Positions 40,731 to 48,714 of a DNA stretch of 64,000 nucleotides are shown here, piece by piece. Below the pieces are notes generated by a model, which was not told the origin of the DNA, did not search any database, and saw only the letters and a list, made by a program, of their open reading frames with translations. Positions within the stretch are counted from its first letter, which is position 1, and each line of letters opens with the position of its first letter. The stretch comes from Patescibacteria group bacterium (lineage in GTDB: Bacteria > Patescibacteriota > Patescibacteriia > SBBC01 > CAIJZX01), in the NCBI GenBank assembly GCA_038065275.1, contig JBBTRH010000007.1, positions 2,873 through 66,872 on the forward strand. The letters are read 5' to 3'. The translations under genes were made by a program, and so were the position numbers.

Positions 40731-41805
40731 AATCAGTATTTAGTCCGAGGCTTAGGCGAAGTTTCTCCCGCAGGTTATAGCTTTTCAACTGCGCCAGTAA
40801 ACCAATGTATGAAGCGAGCTGTTTCCCGACCAGACTCTGATATCCTTGGCTAGCCGCGTCGCCAGCCACCGCCAACGATGCCCTCCGCAATCTGATTCTC
40901 GGTACCAACCCATAAGGAAAAGCTACGGCTCCCAACATATCAACTCCCTGACTTAAACTACGGATAATGATTTTCTCGTCTGGTAAGGTTAAGTGGAGTC
41001 GAGTACGTAAAAAATCTTTCGCTTTCTGCGATACCTCGATTAAATGATTTTTATTCGCGGACACGATGTAAAAGTCGTCATTATACCGAGCGTAGCAACG
41101 AATATCACACACTTGTTTCATGAAGTAATCGAACTCATGCAAATAGATATTGGCGAATACTTGGGAAGTAAGGTTGCCGAGCGGAATCCCACGACCGCCA
41201 CTTCTCGAGTCCGAGCCTCGAAGTCGAGGACTGACATCTCCGGCGGAGCCGGATCCGGCTTCGCCGGAAAAACTGTTAATAATTGTCCGGCACAGTCGGA
41301 TATATTGCGGATCCTTCACTTGGCGACGGATGAGTGACAGTAAAATCTGATGATCGACGCTCCCGAAAAAGTTAGCGACGTCTCCGTGAAAAACATAGAC
41401 CTCTCGAGAAAAACTCTTGCTTTCCTGCCGCAAAAAATCCCAGATCCGGCTGATAGCCGCTTGCGTGCCCTTTCCCAGCCGACACGAATATGAATCAAAA
41501 AAGAATTGCCGATCGAACAGCGGGCACAAGGCCGAATATATCGCTTGGTGCACAATTCGATCCCGCACCGTCGCTTTATGAATAGAACGAAATTTAGGAT
41601 CTCGAACATAAAATCGGTTGTACTCGTCGTGCCGGTACGTTCCCGACTTAAGCTCTTTCGACAACTGCATCAGCTCCGATTCTAAATGGCGCTCGAAATC
41701 GATAACATCCCGTCGTTCCTGTTTTCCGCGTCGAAACCGTCTCCAGGCAAGATAGAGATTATCAAATCCTATTAACCCACTAAATGTTTGCAAACTATAT
41801 GTCAC
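40723..41805 (-). CDS. Diversity-generating retroelement reverse transcriptase
   Basis: RT motifs RSIHKATVRDRIVHQAIY, SYSCRLGKGTQAAI, FHGDVANFFGSVDH, the DGR-type motif GIPLGNLTSQVFANIYL (with the [I/L]GxxxSQ signature) and catalytic YARYNDDFYIV. GTG start with no ribosome-binding site. The gene has lower GC than its surroundings. Confidence 0.85.
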   Translation of the reverse strand: MTYSLQTFSGLIGFDNLYLAWRRFRRGKQERRDVIDFERHLESELMQLSKELKSGTYRHDEYNRFYVRDPKFRSIHKATVRDRIVHQAIYSALCPLFDRQFFFDSYSCRLGKGTQAAISRIWDFLRQESKSFSREVYVFHGDVANFFGSVDHQILLSLIRRQVKDPQYIRLCRTIINSFSGEAGSGSAGDVSPRLRGSDSRSGGRGIPLGNLTSQVFANIYLHEFDYFMKQVCDIRCYARYNDDFYIVSANKNHLIEVSQKAKDFLRTRLHLTLPDEKIIIRSLSQGVDMLGAVAFPYGLVPRIRLRRASLAVAGDAASQGYQSLVGKQLASYIGLLAQLKSYNLREKLRLSLGLNTDYV

Positions 41806-42164
41806 AAGATTCTTTCGACCCGCCGGTCGTTATAAAGATTTATAAAACCTATCAGATTTTCATTCCGCTACTGGCGAATTTCCCGAAACCGCAACGATAT
41901 ACTCTCGGACAGGTGATTGATCGTTCCCTTTTAAGCATGTTGGAATACATCTTTGAGGCCAATGCTATGCCGCTACCCTTGCGAGAGTCCTTACTCCTCC
42001 GAGCGATGGCGAAATGCGAATTGACAAAGATACTTATTCGGCTGTCATGCGAGAGTAGCATCATCAATAACACGCAGTACTTCCAACTCATGTCTAATCT
42101 TCAGGAGGTTGGTAAAATGCTGGGAGGATGGATCAAATACATTCGCCATCTGCCGGTAAAGTAA
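41784..42164 (+). CDS. avd: Avd-like four-helix-bundle protein (accessory variability determinant candidate)
   Basis: 126 aa with …FPKPQRYTLGQVIDRSLLSMLEYIFEAN… and C-terminal …EVGKMLGGWIKYI, matching the layout of the four-helix-bundle (bAvd) family. It ends 12 bp before the TR but is on the opposite strand, and its start overlaps the RT start head-to-head. Confidence 0.55.
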   Translation: MFANYMSQDSFDPPVVIKIYKTYQIFIPLLANFPKPQRYTLGQVIDRSLLSMLEYIFEANAMPLPLRESLLLRAMAKCELTKILIRLSCESSIINNTQYFQLMSNLQEVGKMLGGWIKYIRHLPVK

Positions 42165-42175
42165 TGACTGTTCTC

Positions 42176-42299
42176 ACAACGACCGCGGGGCGGGCACCCA
42201 ACTTCGGGTTCGAATTGTCAGCGTCGTTCCAGTTCACGTTGACCTGCCTATCCTGCGGATTCCAGTTGGCATTGGCGACCTTCGATGACGACACGCGGC
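42176..42299 (-). repeat. DGR template repeat (TR)
   Basis: 124 bp; in minus-strand sense rich in AAY codons (…AAT GCC AAC TGG AAT…AAC GTG AAC TGG AAC…). It differs from the VR at 18 positions, 17 of them TR adenines. Non-coding; the overlapping tracked ORFs are rejected. Confidence 0.9.
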
Positions 42300-42513
42300 C
42301 ACGCCCCGTATTCCTTGATCCATCCATACGCGCGGAGCCTTCCGCAGAAAACCCCTGACCGATATTCCCACAAGGAACGTCGTTGTGCTTCACTTGTTCA
42401 TCCCGCCCGGAGCCAACACTGTTGGATCTCCGATTCGGTGGAATGAGAGTCGGCGAACCAATCTCTCACATACGTATGTCGTACAGGAGGGTGGCTTCAT
42501 AAGCCGAAAATGG

Positions 42514-43164
42514 CTATCTGATTATTCTGTTGGCAATGATCGGTACTTCCCGTAAAAAATACTTCTTTACCTGCGCCCAGGTAGCGTCAAAATATATTTC
42601 CGGGTTTGGGTCGGTTTCGGCGTCTTCAAAAAAGACCAAGCTCTTCAAAATGTGGTGGTAATTGTGAGCCACCGACGGATACTGAATTTTCAATCTCTTA
42701 ATAATGTCCTCCAAGGATTCAACATTATTGGCGCACCAGTACAAATCAAAATAATCTCTTTTTTTACCGCGCTGTGAGATGGCGGTGATCTTCATGACCG
42801 CGATATCAAGCTGATTCAGTATCCGGATCGATCCGTAACGGAGAAAATTTTGTTTTGGGAGAAAGAATGGGTAGGCGATGAAACTTATTTTGCTTTTGGA
42901 CAGCTCGCCGTAAATGGTATTTTTTTCTTCCACGGTCGTCTCCCAGTTTTTATAGCGGGCAAAGTTCGATAGCAACTTTTTGGTATCAAAATCTGAATCG
43001 AGCGTAAAAAAATCTAAATCCAGAGACCGACGATGGCCGGCCTGAAGCGCCAGAGCCGTTCCGCCCGCCAAATACCATCCCGACGTAGTAAGCCATTGCT
43101 GTTGAGACAAAAAATCAAGTGCCTTCCTAGTGCGGTGCGGTAATGTTTGGTATTGCCAGTTCAT
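42514..43164 (-). CDS. AbiEii/AbiGii-family nucleotidyltransferase (type IV toxin-like)
   Basis: LAGGTALALQAGHRRSLDLDFF motif typical of DUF1814/AbiEii nucleotidyltransferases; AT-rich. Confidence 0.65.
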   Translation of the reverse strand: MNWQYQTLPHRTRKALDFLSQQQWLTTSGWYLAGGTALALQAGHRRSLDLDFFTLDSDFDTKKLLSNFARYKNWETTVEEKNTIYGELSKSKISFIAYPFFLPKQNFLRYGSIRILNQLDIAVMKITAISQRGKKRDYFDLYWCANNVESLEDIIKRLKIQYPSVAHNYHHILKSLVFFEDAETDPNPEIYFDATWAQVKKYFLREVPIIANRIIR

Positions 43165-43385
43165 GCTTTGAGTAGAAGTGTCCAGAGCGCCCTAGTCCTC
43201 GGTCGCAGACTTCGGGAACGTGTGATTATTTTTTTTAGCAGTTTTTGATCATAAAAATCCAAGACCCACCGCGCCTCTTTATCGTTCCCAAAATCAGCCA
43301 CCCGTTCAACAATATATTGGGCGTTCTTACGCGGATCAATATTTTTGGGATCAACATCCCAAAATAGCGTCGGCCTAAATTTCAT
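43161..43385 (-). CDS. Small hypothetical protein (possible cognate partner of the AbiEii-like gene)
   Basis: 74 aa; 4-bp overlap with the downstream nucleotidyltransferase gene suggests translational coupling. Confidence 0.4.
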   Translation of the reverse strand: MKFRPTLFWDVDPKNIDPRKNAQYIVERVADFGNDKEARWVLDFYDQKLLKKIITRSRSLRPRTRALWTLLLKA

Positions 43386-43458
43386 ATCACTATCAGTATA
43401 TCAGATTGCAAGCTCATTCGAAATGATAAATAATAAAGAAAAGTCTAGCCATTAAAAC

Positions 43459-46140
43459 TTAAAGTATCTCAACAACGACCGCGGGGCGGGCACCCAACCC
43501 CGGGCCCGACCTGCCAGCGTCGCTCCAGCTCACGCTGACCCGCCTACCCCGCGGATCCCAGTGGGCATCGGCGACCCCCGATGACGACACGCGGCTGTCT
43601 AATAGCCATGACCATTGAGATTTGGTCGCATCGTCGTCATAAGCGTCGAAACTGTGATTATTATGCTCTTCAAGTTCACGGCGTTGAAGAAGAAGATATT
43701 CGGACATCGTTAAGCCATTCCACTTTTTTTGTTGAAACAGCGTTTCCAGTTGATCCGGCGTTTTACCCTTCGTTTCCGACGGAACTGGTCTTGATTGGTA
43801 CATTAGCATATATGCTTTCACCGGACGGTTACGGGTTTGTGATTGTTTTGTTCCCTCGGCAATGTATGGATCGCCGTATTGATCGGGGGCGGACAAGCCG
43901 GTATGAGGTTTTTTAGCCATCTGCTCAATAACGGCGTTGATGGATCGCCCTTGAAGTTCGGCCTGCGGCAATATCATCGCCTTATCAAACCCCATTTTCA
44001 GCGCTTCTCGAATTCGCGCTTCGCCCTCCGGGGAGAATCGAATTTCTTTCGGCAGATTGTCGACAAAGTCGTAGAGGTCGTGTTCTTCATAGAACTCCTC
44101 CGAAACGCGCCGTGTTTCCGTAACGTCAAGCTTGATTTCCTTTCCTTCAAACCTTTCGGCAAAAGTCAACGAGGCGGCTGCCCATTCGCGTCGCAGGACT
44201 CGTTGGTCAACTAACTCAATGCCTGCTTCGCCCTCCATCACGACTTTACCCTGATGCGCGCCTTTTCCAACTCCTAACATACGCCATGGTCGTTTGCTAC
44301 GGTCTCCTTTTTTCATCCACTGCGACCGGCCGCCCGTTTGTTCGGGACTGTACACCACTTCCGTGCCGTCAGCTAAAAACTTGCTGGCCTCAACCGGTTT
44401 CGGGGCCTCTTTTAATGTTTCGGCTTCTCGCGGTACGCGCGGAGACAGAGCGCCGATTTCTTGCGGGGTGAGAAATCGATGTCCGCCTTCGGTATGAATG
44501 GAGTCCACCGATTCATCCAGCCGATAGGCCTGAAGAAATTTCCCTAGCAGGACGCGATCTTCCGACGGTAAACCCTTCCGGCCGGCCCATTCGTGCAACT
44601 GGTGGGTCAGAAACTCGGTCAGGCTTTGCCGGCGCATGCTGTGAAGCGCTTTCCGGTAGGCGCCGAGCCAGGACAAGACCAGGCCGGTATCAAGCACCGC
44701 CGCCCGCAGGTAGGAGGCTTCCCTTTCCGTCGGGGTCAAGGCGTTGGCTTGGCCGGTATAGCTACGCTGGATGTCGGCCATAAGATTAGCAAACCGCCAC
44801 AGCGTTCCGCCGGCTTCTGGCTGGGTTTTTAGTTCCTGGCGCTTAACATTGGTGGTGGCGTCCACCACGTCTTCATATTCCGGCGCAAGTTCCTCGGCCG
44901 GTAGACGAAGACGGCCGTTTTGGTCCATCAGTCCGGCCGTCAGCAATTCGTAGAGTTCCGGATTTTCCGGCGTCTGTGGCTGGTAGCCGATTTCTATTTC
45001 CCCCAACTCGCGAGCGACTTCAATCGGCAGATCCGACCGGTCGGGGTGTTTTTCCGACGGCAGGTTGGCCGAGCCGATAAACCCGAACTCGGACGAAAGC
45101 CGCTCAACCCGGCCGGCCCAAGCCGCGAAGGTGATGGCCTCGCCCGGCCGGCGGCCGGAGATCTGTTTGATCAGCGACCGCAGAGCATCCGGTGGATAGC
45201 CGTTCATTTCATCCATGTAGAAAATACCGCCCGGCCCTGGTTCCGTGCTGCGCGAGGTTTCCTTGCCGGTTAAGGCCTGACCCAGCTGACCGTAGTGGAT
45301 GTACGATCCTTCGCCGTCAATGGCTTTCGAACCCAGCAAAGGACGAATGTCGGATTTGGCCTCTTCCCCGACTTCAAGCGGGGATCGACCGACCAGGCGT
45401 CGGGATGCGTTCCTGGCGAGCGCGGTTTTTCCTGTCCCGGTTTCGCCGACAAGAAGGAGCGGGCGATTTTGGTTGAAGATGACCAGATACTCGATCATTT
45501 TCTCAAAATGTTGTTCGCGCGACGGAGTCCAGGCGAATCCTTCGGTTCGGAGTTGGTCGTTGTATTCCACCATGCGCTCAAACGACAACCGAGCCGCAAA
45601 CTCAGGGCTTTGATGTTCCAAAGAATCCAATCGCCGTTCTTGCGCCTCGATCTGCGCGGATAACTCACCAAGGCGGATTTGCGTCAGTTCGTCAGGGTCG
45701 CGGTCGCGATGCCGGAAAACAGTGCGGTAGAGTTTTTCTCTCTCGGCGAGGTACGAGTCGCGAGTGTCGCGCAGCTTTCGAAAATCAACCATCGGTTCGG
45801 CCAGCTTGATCCTTTCTTCGTACCACTGACGTAATTTTTCCATGAATGCTTTTTGTGTTTCTGGATTGTGCCACCGCTGTGCGATGGCATCTTTGACGGT
45901 AGCTATCCTATCAGGGCCTGGATGCTCTTCGTGCCGCCGGCGACCGTAGTCTTCCCACAACGCAAAAAGCTCTTCCGCTCCTCGAACCGCCTCGGAGTTG
46001 AAGACGGAAGTCTCCGGCGATCCTTGCGGTTCTGCCCCTTGCGGTGAGCGCGTCGAACCCGTGGTCTCGGGAGGGAGCGGTTCTACCTCTTGCTCGATTC
46101 TTTCCCAAATTGGATGGGTACCGCCTCGTTCAGAGCTCAT
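43459..46140 (-). CDS. DGR target: AAA+ ATPase (AAA_5/MoxR-like) with C-terminal C-type-lectin-like variable domain
   Basis: Walker A LLLVGETGTGKTALA and Walker B IFYMDEMNG. The VR forms the last 41 codons. Start set at Met14 (MSSERGG…) of the tracked ORF. No signal peptide. Confidence 0.8.
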   Translation of the reverse strand: MSSERGGTHPIWERIEQEVEPLPPETTGSTRSPQGAEPQGSPETSVFNSEAVRGAEELFALWEDYGRRRHEEHPGPDRIATVKDAIAQRWHNPETQKAFMEKLRQWYEERIKLAEPMVDFRKLRDTRDSYLAEREKLYRTVFRHRDRDPDELTQIRLGELSAQIEAQERRLDSLEHQSPEFAARLSFERMVEYNDQLRTEGFAWTPSREQHFEKMIEYLVIFNQNRPLLLVGETGTGKTALARNASRRLVGRSPLEVGEEAKSDIRPLLGSKAIDGEGSYIHYGQLGQALTGKETSRSTEPGPGGIFYMDEMNGYPPDALRSLIKQISGRRPGEAITFAAWAGRVERLSSEFGFIGSANLPSEKHPDRSDLPIEVARELGEIEIGYQPQTPENPELYELLTAGLMDQNGRLRLPAEELAPEYEDVVDATTNVKRQELKTQPEAGGTLWRFANLMADIQRSYTGQANALTPTEREASYLRAAVLDTGLVLSWLGAYRKALHSMRRQSLTEFLTHQLHEWAGRKGLPSEDRVLLGKFLQAYRLDESVDSIHTEGGHRFLTPQEIGALSPRVPREAETLKEAPKPVEASKFLADGTEVVYSPEQTGGRSQWMKKGDRSKRPWRMLGVGKGAHQGKVVMEGEAGIELVDQRVLRREWAAASLTFAERFEGKEIKLDVTETRRVSEEFYEEHDLYDFVDNLPKEIRFSPEGEARIREALKMGFDKAMILPQAELQGRSINAVIEQMAKKPHTGLSAPDQYGDPYIAEGTKQSQTRNRPVKAYMLMYQSRPVPSETKGKTPDQLETLFQQKKWNGLTMSEYLLLQRRELEEHNNHSFDAYDDDATKSQWSWLLDSRVSSSGVADAHWDPRGRRVSVSWSDAGRSGPGLGARPAVVVEIL
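43472..43595 (-). repeat. DGR variable repeat (VR) inside the 3' end of the AAA+ ATPase gene
   Basis: 124 bp aligning with the TR end to end. It encodes …RVSSSGVADAHWDPRGRRVSVSWSDAGRSGPGLGARPAVVV, against TR-encoded …RVSSSKVANANWNPQDRQVNVNWNDADNSNPKLGARPAVVV. Both share a GC-rich 3' block GGTGCCCGCCCCGCGGTCGTTGT. Confidence 0.9.
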
Positions 46141-46166
46141 AATGATTGAAAAGTATGTGACATAAA

Positions 46167-46271
46167 CCCAGCACCACAATGGTTGATTCGTTGTTATTTC
46201 TGAAAAAAGTGCAGTCTTTACTCACGTATACGTATTTTTTTTAGTTCGCATTATACCATTGTGGTGCTGGG
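46167..46271. repeat. CCCAGCACCACA inverted-repeat element, copy 2
   Basis: CCCAGCACCACAATGGT (46167-46183) and ACCATTGTGGTGCTGGG (46255-46271), a perfect 17-bp IR around a 71-bp AT-rich spacer. It lies in the divergent region between the DGR target gene and uvrB. Confidence 0.7.
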
Positions 46272-46418
46272 TAAACGTTGCAACTTACACCATAATCGTT
46301 CTTTTGTCAATCTAGATTTTTTTATTCTGTTCGACTGCTATTATAGCAGAGATTGGGAGAAAAATCAAGTTTTTTCTTCAAGACCTATATGCCATAGACA
46401 TGGTAGGCTACCCGCATC

Positions 46419-48503
46419 ATGCCCCCGCCGCGGTTCCAACTCGCCGCTCCTTTCCAGCCGACCGGCGACCAGCCGGCGGCGATCGCCAAGTTGGTGTCCG
46501 GATTGCGGGCCGGCCACCAAGCCCAGACGCTCCTCGGCGTGACCGGGTCGGGCAAGACCTTCACCATGGCTAATGTCATCGCGGAGCTCAACCGACCGGC
46601 GCTGATTATTTCCCATAATAAAACCTTGGCCGCGCAATTGGCCAGCGAGTTTAAGGACTTTTTCCCGCACAACGCCGTCGACTATTTCGTCTCGTATTAC
46701 GATTACTACCAACCCGAGGCGTACATGCCGCAGAAAGATTTGTACATCGAAAAAGAATCGCAGATCAACGAGGAAATCGACCGCTTGCGCAACGCCGCCA
46801 CGCGCGACTTGCTCAGCCGCCGCGACGTGATTATCGTGGCTTCCGTGTCCTGCATCTACGGCCTCGGCAGTCCGACGGCTTACCGGCAAGCGGCGATTTC
46901 CGTCGCCCGCGGTCAGCGCTTGCCGCGCCTGCCGTTCCTCAGGCAATTGAACTCGGCGCTCTACCAGCGGAACGACTACGACCTGACCCGCGGAACGTAT
47001 CGCGTCCGCGGCGAGGTGATTGACATCGTTCCGGCCTATGCCCAGGACTTGATCCGTCTTGAATTCGATGATCACGCCCTCCGGCGCATCTCAACGGTTG
47101 ACCAGCTGACCGGTCGAGTCGCCGCGGAGCATCAACGCATCACCATTTTTCCCGGCCGGCAGTTCGTGACTCAAGCCGCACAGTTGCCGGCCATCGCTCA
47201 AGCTATCCGAGCTGAGTTAGCCGTACGGGTAAAAGAGTTTGAGCGACTGCATAAGCCCCTCGAAGCCGAGCGGATCGCCCAGCGGACGAATTTCGACCTG
47301 GAGATGCTCCTCGCCACCGGCCTCACCGGCGGCATTGAGAACTACTCGCGGTACTTCGACGGCCGCCAACCGGGTCAGCCGCCAGCGACGTTGTTCGAAT
47401 ACTTCCCCGCCCCCGCCAAGGCTATGGCGAGCGGGCCCAAAGATTTCCTCCTGTTCATCGATGAGTCCCACATGACTATCCCCCAATTCCGCGCCATGTA
47501 TGAGGGCGACCGGGCGCGGAAACAGACGCTTGTTGATTACGGTTTTCGCCTGCCCTCGGCGCTCGACAACCGTCCCTTGAAGTTTGAGGAGTTCCTGAGT
47601 CGCATCCACCAACGGGTGTTCGTCTCGGCCACGCCGGCGCCGTATGAAATCCAAGAATCGCAACAAGTGGTCGAGCAACTCATTCGGCCGACCGGCCTGC
47701 TCGATCCGGCCGTCGCAATTCGTCCGACCGAACACCAGGTTGATGACCTGCTGAAAGAAATCAAAGCGGTGACCGGCCGGGGTCAGCGGGTGATCATTAC
47801 TACCCTCACCAAGCGCATGGCCGAGGACCTGACCGAGTACCTCCAGGAGTTGCAGATCAAGGTCCAGTACCTCCACTCCGACGTCGAGACTTTTGAACGG
47901 CTGGAAATCCTGCGCGACTTGCGACTCGGCGTCTATGACGTGGTGGTCGGCATCAATCTCCTCCGCGAGGGGCTTGATTTGCCCGAAGTGTCGCTGGTAG
48001 TCATTCTCGACGCCGACAAAGAAGGGTTCCTCCGTTCGGAAACCGCCCTAATGCAGGTCATGGGCCGGGCGGCCCGTCATGTCGAGGGCCGCGTGGTCAT
48101 GTACGCCGACGCGGTCACCGGCTCGATGCGACGGGCGATCGACGAAACCAAGCGCCGCCGCGCCACCCAGGAATCGTACAACTGGCGACACGGCATCACG
48201 CCGAAGACCATCGAGAAGGCCGTCCGCGAGGACCGCCTGGCCGGTCGGAAGCGCGAGGTGGAAGATGTCCCGACCATCGCCGCCGCTGACGTCCCGCCCG
48301 ACGAACTGCCTTTTCTCATCAAGACGCTCACCAATCAAATGGACTTAGCCGCTAAGAACCTCGAATTTGAAAAGGCGGCCGCCCTGCGGGATGAAATAAC
48401 CAAGCTTGAAAAAAGCCTGCCGCCGAAAGCCCGGACAAGGGGCGGTTTGCGGAGCAGCGGCCGGGGCAAGAACGTTCGGCGGCGGTCAATTGGCCGACGG
48501 TAG
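46419..48503 (+). CDS. uvrB: Excinuclease ABC subunit B
   Basis: GVTGSGKTFTMANVI Walker A, helicase motifs, and the C-terminal UvrB/UvrC interaction region. Confidence 0.95.
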   Translation: MPPPRFQLAAPFQPTGDQPAAIAKLVSGLRAGHQAQTLLGVTGSGKTFTMANVIAELNRPALIISHNKTLAAQLASEFKDFFPHNAVDYFVSYYDYYQPEAYMPQKDLYIEKESQINEEIDRLRNAATRDLLSRRDVIIVASVSCIYGLGSPTAYRQAAISVARGQRLPRLPFLRQLNSALYQRNDYDLTRGTYRVRGEVIDIVPAYAQDLIRLEFDDHALRRISTVDQLTGRVAAEHQRITIFPGRQFVTQAAQLPAIAQAIRAELAVRVKEFERLHKPLEAERIAQRTNFDLEMLLATGLTGGIENYSRYFDGRQPGQPPATLFEYFPAPAKAMASGPKDFLLFIDESHMTIPQFRAMYEGDRARKQTLVDYGFRLPSALDNRPLKFEEFLSRIHQRVFVSATPAPYEIQESQQVVEQLIRPTGLLDPAVAIRPTEHQVDDLLKEIKAVTGRGQRVIITTLTKRMAEDLTEYLQELQIKVQYLHSDVETFERLEILRDLRLGVYDVVVGINLLREGLDLPEVSLVVILDADKEGFLRSETALMQVMGRAARHVEGRVVMYADAVTGSMRRAIDETKRRRATQESYNWRHGITPKTIEKAVREDRLAGRKREVEDVPTIAAADVPPDELPFLIKTLTNQMDLAAKNLEFEKAAALRDEITKLEKSLPPKARTRGGLRSSGRGKNVRRRSIGRR

Positions 48504-48563
48504 CTGACACTTGCGCTCCTGGCGGAACGTGCTAAGATAGCCCCCGTTCTTTGTCATTTCTCC

Positions 48564-48683
48564 TTGTCCGACGAAGCCTTCTTGTCCACCGAAGCTTCAG
48601 CGTAGGTGGAGGCGTAGTCGGGCTTGTCCGACGAAGCCTTCTTGTCCACCGAAGCTTCAGCGTAGGTGGAGGCGTAGTCGGGC
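48564..48683. repeat. Perfect tandem duplication of a 60-bp unit
   Basis: TTGTCCGACGAAGCCTTCTTGTCCACCGAAGCTTCAGCGTAGGTGGAGGCGTAGTCGGGC occurs twice. Each unit contains the hairpin CCACC-N14-GGTGG. The array sits between a candidate promoter (TTGCGC-N16-TAAGAT, 48511-48538) and the M16 peptidase start. Confidence 0.85.
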
Positions 48684-48714
48684 TAAACCCGAAACCCGCT
48701 AGGAGGTGATCGCC

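Noticed and set aside
42128-42393. ORFs on both strands across the template repeat (76 and 86 aa)
   Set aside because: The region is the DGR TR. The similarity of the 86-aa translation to the target C-terminus comes from the TR/VR relationship, not from a second gene.
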